Position numbers and translations under genes: made by a program. From Nitrospirota bacterium (lineage in GTDB: Bacteria > Nitrospirota > UBA9217): a stretch of DNA of 64,000 nt. Positions 31,474 through 40,634 of the stretch are shown here, in pieces. The notes under the pieces were generated by a model that saw only the letters and a list, made by a program, of their open reading frames with translations, was not told the origin of the DNA and searched no databases. The stretch covers positions 128,001 through 192,000 of the forward strand of contig CAVVOB010000012.1 in assembly GCA_963749655.1 (NCBI GenBank), given 5' to 3'. Positions within the stretch are counted from its first letter, which is position 1, and each line of letters begins with the position of its first letter.

Positions 31474-31914
31474 ATGAATAAGAAAAGGACAAAGAGCATC
31501 ACCATAGCAGGCGCTTTGATAACCCTGTTGTTGCTCGTCGTGGCAGGCTGCGGCGGCGGAGGAGGCGGCGGCGGTGGAACGCCTGCAGCATCCACCGTGG
31601 AGGTTGTGAACTGTGCATCGGTGGTGTCGTCAGCGACGGTGACGGCCACGGGGGCTAATGCATTTAGCCCATCTAATGTAACCATTCCTGTGAACGGCGT
31701 GGTTGAATGGGAAAGCGAAAGCAGCACCAACCATACCGTAACCAGCGGAACAGACGGTTCACAAGCCGGAGACGGAACCTTTAACCAGCCGCTTAATGCA
31801 GTATCTGTGGGAGGCACGCCCGTGTGTCTCAAGTTTACGGCGGCAGGAACATTTAATTATTATTGCTATTTTCATTTTGCCATGGGTATGAAAGGGACCG
31901 TAACCGTGCATTAA
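31474..31914 (+). CDS. plastocyanin/azurin-family cupredoxin lipoprotein
   Basis: VAGC lipobox, poly-Gly linker, NHTVT and YYCYFHFAMGMKG type-1 copper ligands. Confidence 0.88.
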   Translation: MNKKRTKSITIAGALITLLLLVVAGCGGGGGGGGGTPAASTVEVVNCASVVSSATVTATGANAFSPSNVTIPVNGVVEWESESSTNHTVTSGTDGSQAGDGTFNQPLNAVSVGGTPVCLKFTAAGTFNYYCYFHFAMGMKGTVTVH

Positions 31915-31944
31915 AAATCGCAAGCTTCTTCAGGATCATACTAT

Positions 31945-31980
31945 TCAGCCCTCCCGTACGACTACGGTCCGGAGGGCTGA
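31945..31980 (+). terminator. stem-loop after the cupredoxin gene
   Basis: tcagccctcc...ggagggctga inverted repeat. Confidence 0.5.
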
Positions 31981-32058
31981 CTTGTTTACGTCTGATACAG
32001 AAGCGTCGCCGCGCTGTTATTTTTTCCCGAAGTATGGTACTCTTCTTCCAGAGGTGAG

Positions 32059-33138
32059 GTGCGCCTCTATTCTTCCATGGCAGACCCTCTCATTCCCATA
32101 GAATACGACCGCCTCAGGACCGGGCACATCCTCCGGGCAACGGCGGCCAATGCCGTCATCAATACCCTGATAGCCGTTATCCTCTACGGGATCGGGTACC
32201 GGGATTTTGTCTCCACCCTGATCTTTTCCCAGTGCATCGGCATGTCCATTTTTTTTGCCAACGTGGCAGTACTCCCCCTGTTCCGAAAGGTCGCCCGGCC
32301 GGCATATCAGGTCCTGTTCGTCATAGCGGCTGTAGCAGCGGGGGCGAGTTTCGGCACCCTGCTGGGGGCGTTGGCAAACGGGATGAATCCTCTTGTCTTT
32401 GTGAGGGAGAACTTCTCCTATTTTGCCCAGATCGTTTTCGTCGGCCTCTTTTTCGGATTCGTCATAAGCTATATCTTCATTTCTCTCGGCGTGATCTCCG
32501 GGGAGAAGGTCAAGCGCCTTGAAGCGGAGAAGAACGGCGTGGAGGCCGAGCTTCGGCTGATCCAGTCCCAGATGGAGCCCCATTTCCTCTTCAATACGCT
32601 CTCGAACGTCCTGAGCCTGATCGACACGGACCGCGAACAGGCGAAGCGCATGCTCGAGTCCTTTACGCTCTTTCTGCGCACGTCGCTCCTGACCGCGCGC
32701 CGCAGGACCATCCCGCTGTCGCAGGAATGGGACATCGTACGGAACTACCTCCGGGTGTTTGAGGTCCGCATGGGGGACCGCCTGCGCTACCGGCTCGATC
32801 TGCCCGACGATCTGCGCGATTTCCCGGTCCCGCCGCTGCTTGTTCAGCCGCTGGTCGAGAACGCGATCAAGCACGGGCTGGAACCTTCGCCCAAAGGCGG
32901 GGAAATCACCGTCAGCGCCGTCCTCGACGGGGCGCTGGTCCGCATCATCGTCGTTGATTCAGGCATGGGCGTGAACGAAAGCGGCCCCGGAAACGGGATC
33001 AGCCTGGAAAACATCAGAAAGCGTCTGTCACTCGTGTATGGAGAACGGGCCCGGCTCCTCTTCGAGGAGAATGCGCCGAAGGGCATCCGGGTCGTCGTTG
33101 AGATACCCCATGAAACAGATACGAGCAATCATAGCTGA
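32059..33138 (+). CDS. LytS/YehU-family sensor histidine kinase
   Basis: Four TMs, QSQMEPHFLFNTL, QPLVENAIKHG, DSGMG and GISLENIRKRL. Confidence 0.93.
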   Translation: MRLYSSMADPLIPIEYDRLRTGHILRATAANAVINTLIAVILYGIGYRDFVSTLIFSQCIGMSIFFANVAVLPLFRKVARPAYQVLFVIAAVAAGASFGTLLGALANGMNPLVFVRENFSYFAQIVFVGLFFGFVISYIFISLGVISGEKVKRLEAEKNGVEAELRLIQSQMEPHFLFNTLSNVLSLIDTDREQAKRMLESFTLFLRTSLLTARRRTIPLSQEWDIVRNYLRVFEVRMGDRLRYRLDLPDDLRDFPVPPLLVQPLVENAIKHGLEPSPKGGEITVSAVLDGALVRIIVVDSGMGVNESGPGNGISLENIRKRLSLVYGERARLLFEENAPKGIRVVVEIPHETDTSNHS

Positions 33139-33868
33139 CGATGAAGAGGCGCTCCGCGGTCATCTGAAGCGAAGACTAACGGCCCTCTGGCCCGGCGTCA
33201 GGATCGTCGGCGAGGCGCGGGACGGCGAAGAGGCGCTTAAGCTCATTGCGGATGCAAAACCCGACGTCGCCTTCCTGGACATCAGAATGCCGGGGCTTAC
33301 GGGAATCGAGGTTGCCCGGAAGACAGCCGGGTCCTGCCTGTTCGTTTTCGTGACCGCCTTCGACCGGTACGCTGTCGAGGCCTTTGAACAAGGGGCGCTC
33401 GATTATCTTCTGAAACCGGTGATCGACGAACGACTGAAGAAGACCATCGAACGCCTCGACGCCCGGCTGTCAACAGGATCAACGCCGCCCGACATCGCCG
33501 GCGTGCTCGATAAAGTGTCTCAGGCCCTCAAGCAGGCGCCGGCGCATTTGCAGTGGATCAAAGCCCAGCACAAGGACGGTGTGCGGCTCATCCCCATTGC
33601 CGATGTCCTGTTTTTCCGGGCAACGGACAAGTACACCACGGTCCGGTCCAAAGATGGCGAGTTCCTGATCCGGAAGAGCATCAAGGACCTCGAAGAGGAG
33701 CTCGATCCCGAGCAGTTCTGGCGCGTGCACCGGGCGGCCATCGTGAACGTCAAGGCGATCCAGACCGTCAGCCGCTCCGTGGCCGGGACGTTCGATATAA
33801 GGTTCAGGGACATACCTGACCGTCTCACCGTCAGCCGGGCCTATGCTCATCTTTTTAAACAGATGTAG
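33110..33868 (+). CDS. LytTR-family response regulator
   Basis: IADDE, FLDIRMPG, FVTAFD, DYLLKP, FWRVHRAAIVN and VSRAY. Confidence 0.94.
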   Translation: MKQIRAIIADDEEALRGHLKRRLTALWPGVRIVGEARDGEEALKLIADAKPDVAFLDIRMPGLTGIEVARKTAGSCLFVFVTAFDRYAVEAFEQGALDYLLKPVIDERLKKTIERLDARLSTGSTPPDIAGVLDKVSQALKQAPAHLQWIKAQHKDGVRLIPIADVLFFRATDKYTTVRSKDGEFLIRKSIKDLEEELDPEQFWRVHRAAIVNVKAIQTVSRSVAGTFDIRFRDIPDRLTVSRAYAHLFKQM

Positions 33869-33974
33869 CGAGCCGCAGCCTTTACTTTGATATTTATTTC
33901 CGCGGCCTGATGAGGTAATTTAAGGCAGGCTTTAAATCCAGAAAGAAACGCGAATCCGCAAGCGGGAGATTGCC

Positions 33975-34811
33975 ATGACCGATGACCTGATGAAAAACGG
34001 CGCTGCTCCGACCTGAGCGCCCTCGGGCGGCGCTGGAAGCTGCCGCTTGGATTTTGCCAAACTATCACCTGCCCCGGTTCCTGATATCGTTGAGATCAGA
34101 ACAACCATCAGGAACAAATATTCCGAGGTGTCCGTATCAGCAGCAGGAAAGTTCCTCTATCCCACGGGCAGGGAAGGCGCAAAAGCATTGGGCTACGACG
34201 CCGCTGTCCTGGAACGAGCTCCGGAGGGATTTTTCGAATCCTTCTGCGGCGTCGGCAACCCGTTCACTCTGGGGCCGATTCGGTCCGGCGATTCGGTGCT
34301 CGATGTCGGCTGCGGAGCAGGCTTCGACCTTTTTGTCGCTAGCCGGCTGGTGGGGGAAAGCGGCCGCGTCGTGGGCATTGATCTGACTGACGAGATGGCG
34401 GCGCGAGCCAAAGAGAACCTCGCCTCCGCAGACGCCGCGAACGTTGAAATCAGAGTAGTCGATTCGGAAATCATTCCCTCTACTGACGGCTCTTTTGATG
34501 TCGTGATCTCGAACGGCGTCATCAATCTTTCCCCCCGCAAGGAAACGACCTTCGGTGAAATATTCCGCGTGCTGAAATCAGGGGGCAGGCTGCAATTCGC
34601 CGATGTGGTCGTGGAAAACGATCTGCCCGCGCATCTGGCCGGAAGCGCCGAAGCCTGGTCCCAATGAATAGGCGGCACGGTCCCGGTCCGGGACCAGATC
34701 AGGCTGATGGAAGGGGCCGGCTTCGTCAACGTCGAATTCGCCGGTCTGACCGGCTTCCGCACATCGCAGTACACGGTCGGCGCCCTGTTCCGGGCGCGCA
34801 GGCCGGGGTGA
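33975..34811 (+). CDS. ArsM-like SAM-dependent methyltransferase, predicted selenoprotein (UGA at 34014 and 34665)
   Basis: GGGAGA RBS before ATG 33975; FCGVGNP, VLDVGCGAGFD and SNGVINL; frame continues past UGA as AWSQ-U-IGG..AGF to TGA 34811; hairpins 10-11 nt after both UGAs. Confidence 0.85.
34027..34046 (+). other. putative SECIS for the first UGA
   Basis: GCGGC-GC-UGGAA-GC-(U bulge)-GCCGC, 10 nt after the UGA at 34014-34016. Confidence 0.55.
34679..34695 (+). other. putative SECIS for the second UGA
   Basis: GGUCCC-GGUCC-GGGACC 17-nt hairpin 11 nt after the UGA at 34665-34667, with G at the start of the loop. Confidence 0.75.
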
Positions 34812-35098
34812 GGCGGGGAACAGGTTCTATGGATGATTTTATAATAGAACAGATGAGCCTGCTGTCATCGCAATGCAATTTCACCACGGATGAACACGGA
34901 TGCACACGGATAAATAACAACTTCTTGGTTTGATCCGTGGCCATCAGTGTTAATCCGTGGTAATAAATGCTTTAGATCTTGTTGCCATTTTGAGAAAATT
35001 TTATTCGTAACAGCCTAAAAGCCCGTTTTACCTGACGGGATTTCCGCGTGGGCGCCATGTAAGGTAATCAACCCCGAACCTCCTCTGAGCGTACCTGT

Positions 35099-35185
35099 CC
35101 GTTCATCCCCCATAATTACCGTTCATCCCATCATTCTGCCGTCTGTCGCAAACCGTTTGAAACCTTCATTCCTTCACGATATAGT
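35099..35185 (+). promoter_or_regulatory. LytTR-type direct repeats plus sigma70 promoter
   Basis: ccgttcatccc (35099, 35119) and ccgtctgtcgc (35139) at 20-bp period, then TTGAAA-N17-TATAGT. Confidence 0.7.
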
Positions 35186-35233
35186 TCACTCAGAACATGA
35201 GAAGAGGCTTTGATCCGCACGATGGAGGTTGCC

Positions 35234-35908
35234 ATGAACATTCTCGAATTCCGGAAAGTTATAAAGGACTACCGTCTCGGAGAAACCGTGGTTCATGCCC
35301 TGCGGGGCGTTGACCTCGGAATCGAGCAGGGCGAGTTCATCGCCGTTCTTGGGGCCTCGGGCAGCGGCAAGACCACGCTGCTGAATCTCGCAGGCGCGGT
35401 GGACGATCCCACGGAAGGCAGCGTCCTGATCGCGGGCAAGGACATCGCGGGGCTGTCGGACAATCAGAAAGCGGACCTCAGGAACCGGACCGTCGGGTTC
35501 ATCTTCCAGACCTTCAACCTGATCCCCGTGCTGTCGGCCCTGGAGAACGTCATGTTCTCGCTCCAGATCCGGGGCGGCACGTGGTCGAGCATCAAAAAGG
35601 AAGCAGCGCAGCGGCTGGACGACGTGGGGCTTGCGGACTTCATGAATCACCGGCCGGACAAACTGTCAGGCGGACAGCGGCAGCGGGTGGCGATCGCCCG
35701 GGCATTGATCACGAAGCCCCAGCTGATCCTTGCCGACGAGCCCACGGCGAACCTGGACCATGAAACCGCGCAGTCCATCATCGACCTGATGAAGGACCTG
35801 AACGAACGGGAAAAGGTCACCTTTGTTTTCTCGACCCACGACCAGCGCCTGATCAACGAGGTGAAGCGCGTCGTGCGGATCGACGACGGAAAGATCGTGA
35901 ATGCTTGA
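35234..35908 (+). CDS. ABC transporter ATP-binding protein (LolD/MacB-like)
   Basis: [29 protein letters not shown] and STHD. Confidence 0.94.
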   Translation: MNILEFRKVIKDYRLGETVVHALRGVDLGIEQGEFIAVLGASGSGKTTLLNLAGAVDDPTEGSVLIAGKDIAGLSDNQKADLRNRTVGFIFQTFNLIPVLSALENVMFSLQIRGGTWSSIKKEAAQRLDDVGLADFMNHRPDKLSGGQRQRVAIARALITKPQLILADEPTANLDHETAQSIIDLMKDLNEREKVTFVFSTHDQRLINEVKRVVRIDDGKIVNA

Positions 35909-35933
35909 CTGCGGAAACAATGGCACCGCTTTT

Positions 35934-36003
35934 GACGGGATAACAGGATTTACAGGATCAAGTATGCTGCGGATTTTATCCGACGTTATCCTGTAATCCT
36001 GTC
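35934..36003. repeat. palindromic repeat (acaggatttacaggat / atcctgtaatcctgtc)
   Basis: Inverted arms visible in the intergenic gap. Confidence 0.55.
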
Positions 36004-36040
36004 GAAGATTTGCCGGTTCGTTGTATACAAGGAGGCACTT

Positions 36041-37288
36041 ATGCTCATGTGGCTGACCATATCACTCAGGAACATCGTCAAGAACGGCAGGCGGAGCCTG
36101 ACCACGATCCTCGCGATCGGCCTGGGATATGCCGCGATCAATCTTTTTCAGGGTTACGTGCACAGCACATACCTCGGCCTGACCAATGCCGCGATCCACG
36201 GCGAAGGTCTGGGACATATCACCATATTCAAGAAGGGCTATCTCGACCAGGGAAAGCTGCACCCCGAGAAGTTCCAGTTCAGCCGCGACGAGGTGGAGCG
36301 CATCTCCGGGCTCATCAAACAGCGTCCCGACGTGGAGCTGGTCACCCCGAGGCTGTCCGTAGCAGGCATCATTTCGAACGGCAGGAACTCGACGATCTTC
36401 ATTTCCCAGGGCCTGGTGCCGTCCGATGATGTAAAGATCAGGGGGGACCTGACGAAATACACGTCCTTTACCGGGTCCTACCTGAAGGACGATGAACGGA
36501 CCGGGGTGGTGATCGGGTCCGAGCTGGCCGGGATGCTGAATCTCAAGGCGGGAAGCGACGCCGTGATCCTGAGCAACTCCTATACAGGCATGGCGAACGC
36601 CCTCGATGTCAAGGTCCTGGGCGTCTACAACACCGGGGCAACGGCCACGAACGATAAAATGGTGCTCATGACCTATCCCCACGCCCAGAACCTCGTTGAT
36701 TTTCCCGGCGCCGAACGTCTGGTAGTGCTGCTCAAGAACGGCGGAAACGGGACTGCAGCTTCCGTTGCCGCAGAGCAGATCAACCGGATGCTGACCGGGG
36801 CGGGGTTCGGCGTGGAGATCAAGACCTGGAACCAGCTGTCGGTGTTCTACAACCAGGTAAAGAACCTTTTTGACATGATCTTCCTGTTCATCTTCTCGAT
36901 CGTCCTGGTGATCGTGATCATGAGCGTGATCAACACCATGAGCGTGTCGGTCATGGAGCGGACGCGGGAGATCGGTACCATGCGGGCGCTGGGGCTCAAG
37001 CGCTACGGCGTCAAGTTCCTCTTCGCTACAGAAGGAGTGCTTCTCGGCATCCTGGGCAGCATCGTCGGCAGCGCCGTCTTCTTCACAGTTTATGCGATCA
37101 TCACGGCGACCCATCCGACGTACATCCCGCCGGCCTCGTCCAATCCGGTGCCGCTCCGGGTGGACCTCGTCTGGCCGCTCCTGGTGCGGAGCGTGTTCTT
37201 TATGTCGCTGTTGTCCCTTGTTTCAGCCTATGTTCCGGCGCGGCGTTCGGCCCGGATGGCGGTGGTTGATGCACTGGGGCATATTTGA
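36041..37288 (+). CDS. ABC transporter permease (LolC/E-FtsX family)
   Basis: RNIVKNGRRSL, ERTREIGTMRALG and PARRSAR. Confidence 0.92.
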   Translation: MLMWLTISLRNIVKNGRRSLTTILAIGLGYAAINLFQGYVHSTYLGLTNAAIHGEGLGHITIFKKGYLDQGKLHPEKFQFSRDEVERISGLIKQRPDVELVTPRLSVAGIISNGRNSTIFISQGLVPSDDVKIRGDLTKYTSFTGSYLKDDERTGVVIGSELAGMLNLKAGSDAVILSNSYTGMANALDVKVLGVYNTGATATNDKMVLMTYPHAQNLVDFPGAERLVVLLKNGGNGTAASVAAEQINRMLTGAGFGVEIKTWNQLSVFYNQVKNLFDMIFLFIFSIVLVIVIMSVINTMSVSVMERTREIGTMRALGLKRYGVKFLFATEGVLLGILGSIVGSAVFFTVYAIITATHPTYIPPASSNPVPLRVDLVWPLLVRSVFFMSLLSLVSAYVPARRSARMAVVDALGHI

Positions 37289-37413
37289 AACGAAGAAAGC
37301 AGGTAACCACAGATGAACACGGATAAACACGGATAACAGCGAAGTTCTTTCCCTTGTGGTCTCAACCGTGTTCATCCGTGGTTCCAACTGTTTTGAATCG
37401 GAGGTGATCGATC

Positions 37414-38247
37414 ATGAAAACGAGTATAAAAACAACGGAACCGAAAACGGTTCTTATTACCGGAGCATCATCAGGATTCGGCAAGGCAACGGCCGAAGTG
37501 CTGGTGCACGAGGGATATCGTGTGTTCGGAACGAGCAGGCAGGGCGGCATCGTTGCGGGTGGATATGAACTGCTGCCCCTCGACGTGAGGGATTCGGCAT
37601 CGGTGCAGGCCTGTGTCGAAGCCGTGCTTGCGAAAACAGGGCGTATCGACATCCTGATCAATAACGCGGGCTACGAGCTTTCCGGAGCACTGGAGGAAAC
37701 GGCCGTGGAAGAGGCGAAGGCTCAGTTCGAGACGAACTTCTTCGGCGTCCTGCGCATGACCAACGCTGTTCTGCCGGTGATGCGGGAGCAGCGCGAAGGC
37801 AGGATCATCAATATCGGCTCGCTCGCAGGACTGGTGGCGGTCCCGTTCCACGGGATGTACAGCGCGAGCAAATACGCTCTCGAAGGCTACAGCGAGGCGC
37901 TGCGGCAGGAAGTGAGGCCTTTCAATATCCACGTAAGTCTTATCGAACCGGGATTCTCCAGTACGAATCTGGCGCGGGCGGCCATGCAGAGCAGGCAGCT
38001 GATCGGAGAGTATGCGCCCATGCGCGAACGGATCTTCCCGGTTTTTAAAGAGTCGATCGCTTCAGGCCAGCCGCCGGAAGCTGTCGCGCGAATCGTTCTT
38101 TCCGCGATCAAGAAGCAGTCGCCGCGGCTGCGGTATCGCGTGGGCGGCGATTCCGTCTGGCTGCCGAGGCTCAAGATGGTAGCGAGCGAGGGGCAGTTCG
38201 AGGCCGGGGTGAGACGGAAGTTCCATCTGGATGGGCCGGTGGGTTGA
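37414..38247 (+). CDS. SDR family oxidoreductase
   Basis: ITGASSGFG, NNAG and YSASK. Confidence 0.93.
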   Translation: MKTSIKTTEPKTVLITGASSGFGKATAEVLVHEGYRVFGTSRQGGIVAGGYELLPLDVRDSASVQACVEAVLAKTGRIDILINNAGYELSGALEETAVEEAKAQFETNFFGVLRMTNAVLPVMREQREGRIINIGSLAGLVAVPFHGMYSASKYALEGYSEALRQEVRPFNIHVSLIEPGFSSTNLARAAMQSRQLIGEYAPMRERIFPVFKESIASGQPPEAVARIVLSAIKKQSPRLRYRVGGDSVWLPRLKMVASEGQFEAGVRRKFHLDGPVG

Positions 38248-38267
38248 GACCTCAGTAATGTCTCATG

Positions 38268-38346
38268 CCGTCATTCCGGACTTGATCCGGAATCCAGAGA
38301 TTTTTAAAAAAGATTCCCTGGATTCCTGCTTTCGCAGGAATGACGG
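38268..38346. repeat. gtcattcc..ggaatgac palindromic element
   Basis: ccgtcattccggacttgatccggaatcc / ggattcctgctttcgcaggaatgacgg. Confidence 0.65.
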
Positions 38347-38394
38347 ATCAGGAGGCTTCACTTTCGTACGGTTCCACCATTTTCAGGAGGGCAT

Positions 38395-38910
38395 ATGAAA
38401 TACAGTATTTTGATCGTAATGGCCTTTCTTCTGCCTGTTTTAGCGGAAAGCGGGACAGTGGTAAATGCCAAAGCACCCGGCTTCTCCCTGCCGGACCAGC
38501 GCGATAATCAGATCACCCTGAGCAAGCTCGAGGGAAGAGTCGTTGTCCTGGTGGCAAGCGATAAGGAAGGTATGAAGCTGAATCCTGCGTGGCGGAAGGC
38601 CATCGCCGACCGCTACGGGGACCGGGTTTTGAGGCAGGGGGTCGCAGACGTCAGAAAGGTCCCTTTCTTTCTGAAAGGATCGTACAAACGGGATTTTCAA
38701 AAGGACCCTGAAAGCATCATTCTCGACTGGAAGGGTGAGCTATTCACGGCCTTTGGTCTCAGGGAAAATGTGTCCAATATCGTTCTCATCGACAAAAAAG
38801 GATATGTGCGGTATCTGCATTCCGGAGGCGCCGAGCAAGGCGCTGTCGATGATCTGTTCAAAGAAATCGACCTGTCTCTTGCATCGCGGGAGACCGGGTC
38901 CGGGAGGTGA
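38395..38910 (+). CDS. exported Cys-free thioredoxin-fold protein (YtfJ/redoxin-like)
   Basis: APGFSLPDQ, IILDWKG and IVLIDKKGYVRY. Confidence 0.7.
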   Translation: MKYSILIVMAFLLPVLAESGTVVNAKAPGFSLPDQRDNQITLSKLEGRVVVLVASDKEGMKLNPAWRKAIADRYGDRVLRQGVADVRKVPFFLKGSYKRDFQKDPESIILDWKGELFTAFGLRENVSNIVLIDKKGYVRYLHSGGAEQGAVDDLFKEIDLSLASRETGSGR

Positions 38911-39668
38911 TGACCATGAAACGCGCAGTCGAAATACTGTTCGGTTTTATGCTTCTGCTGTACCTCGTGACCAGGTTCGCTTACGGAGAGGAGCCCGCGG
39001 CAAAGGATATCCTTCAGCACGCGGACCGCGCCCGGGGCAATATCGGCGGGATCATCTGGGATATAGCGATCATGACCGACGAGGACGGAACGAAAGAAAC
39101 GCGGGGGTTGACCGTGAAGGTGAAGGGAAACAATACGCTCGCACGGTATACAGCGCCTGCGAACATGAACGACCGGATGGTCCTGATGGCCGACCGGAAC
39201 ATGTGGTTCATCCGGTCGGGCCTCAAGAAGCCGGTGTCCATTTCGCCGCGCCAGAAGCTCATGGGAGACGCTGCGAACGGCGATATCGCTTCCACGAACT
39301 ACGCGGGAGATTATCGCGCCAGGGTAACGGACGAGGAGGTCGTACAGGGAGAGGACTGTTATGTGCTTGACCTGACCGCAGCTGGGAAGAATGTCACCTA
39401 TGACCGGATCAAATATTGGGTATCGAAAACGCGGCTTGTGGGAGTGAAGGCTGAATTTTATACCTTGTCCGGCAAGCTCTTCAAAACCGCAGACTTCAAG
39501 TACGACAATCGCGTTAAAGCAGAGGGGGGTGAGGAGATTCCCTTTGTCTCCAGGCTTGTAATCAGGGACGCGATCCAGAAGGACCGGACAACAACGATGA
39601 CCTATTCCAACATCAAGACCGAGCCGATCCCTGATTCCACGTTCAACCTGAATGTACTGGTACGGTAA
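38910..39668 (+). CDS. outer membrane lipoprotein-sorting protein (LolA-like)
   Basis: ADRARGN, PVSISPRQKLMGDAANGDIASTNY and KAEFYTLSGKLFKT. Confidence 0.85.
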   Translation: MTMKRAVEILFGFMLLLYLVTRFAYGEEPAAKDILQHADRARGNIGGIIWDIAIMTDEDGTKETRGLTVKVKGNNTLARYTAPANMNDRMVLMADRNMWFIRSGLKKPVSISPRQKLMGDAANGDIASTNYAGDYRARVTDEEVVQGEDCYVLDLTAAGKNVTYDRIKYWVSKTRLVGVKAEFYTLSGKLFKTADFKYDNRVKAEGGEEIPFVSRLVIRDAIQKDRTTTMTYSNIKTEPIPDSTFNLNVLVR

Positions 39669-39701
39669 GAAACGTCAGCCATAACGAGAAAGGATGAACT
39701 G

Positions 39702-40211
39702 ATGAAGATATTGTGCGACCGCCTGCTCCTTCTGTACATCGCAGTGGCGGGAATTGTCTTGTTACCGCTATACGCAATGGCGGATGACGGAGATGTACTG
39801 GTCCGGCCGCATTTCGGGATCGGATTCGCGGATCTCGGCAGGGGAGAGAGCGGCACGAGTTTTCTTGCCGGGGCGCGCCTTCTCCAGGGTGCGAATGATT
39901 ACAAAAAGGCCGGTCTGGAAGCAACCTATATTGAAATGCATATAAGCAGGAACAGTAAAGAGGTCCGCTATATGGCGGCAGGCATCGTACTGGAGCAGAA
40001 GCTCCGGCACTGGTTCAATATGTCTATCGGAACGATCGGCTACTTCGGACTGAGTGACGGCGCGGCGAATACGCCCGGCATCGTTACGAACCTGGGATGG
40101 GAGCCGGACAGGACAGGCAAGTTCAAGCCCTTCGTCACCTATCGCGTAGATGCGATTTTTACGTCGCCGGTACGGCAGATCAGTTCACTGAGCATCGGCG
40201 CAAGCTGGTGA
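39702..40211 (+). CDS. hypothetical small outer membrane beta-barrel protein
   Basis: Signal peptide, alternating strands, terminal W. Confidence 0.6.
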   Translation: MKILCDRLLLLYIAVAGIVLLPLYAMADDGDVLVRPHFGIGFADLGRGESGTSFLAGARLLQGANDYKKAGLEATYIEMHISRNSKEVRYMAAGIVLEQKLRHWFNMSIGTIGYFGLSDGAANTPGIVTNLGWEPDRTGKFKPFVTYRVDAIFTSPVRQISSLSIGASW

Positions 40212-40310
40212 TGTCGTTCGGCTCGGACAAGTCGGAACTATACCGCGGAATCACCAGGCACAAGAGGAGCGAACAAGAATCCATTTAAAAGAGTTCGGAG
40301 GAATACTTCT

Positions 40311-40628
40311 ATGAAACAAGCGCATTCCTACAGGGTTCTCTGCTTCGCCGGCATCATAATACCGTGGTTTTTCCTCCTTCGATTCCTGAGCCGGCCTGAC
40401 GCTTCCGTCATGCTGTTCGTTACTTCCATTTTCACGAATTCGGTGGATACGGCCGTGGCTGCTGATCTTGTCGTCTCCGCAGGCGCATTTTTCGTCTATG
40501 CATTTTATGAAGGCAGGCGCCTCGGCATGAAGTATCTCTGGGTGTATATTCCCGCAACGCTCTTTGTGGGACTTTCATTCGGCCTGCCGTTGTTTCTTGC
40601 TATGCGCGCAAAGAAGATGGGAAGGTGA
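40311..40628 (+). CDS. DUF2834-like membrane protein
   Basis: DLVVSA..EGRRLGMK..VGLSFGLPLFL. Confidence 0.8.
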   Translation: MKQAHSYRVLCFAGIIIPWFFLLRFLSRPDASVMLFVTSIFTNSVDTAVAADLVVSAGAFFVYAFYEGRRLGMKYLWVYIPATLFVGLSFGLPLFLAMRAKKMGR

Positions 40629-40634
40629 GGCATT

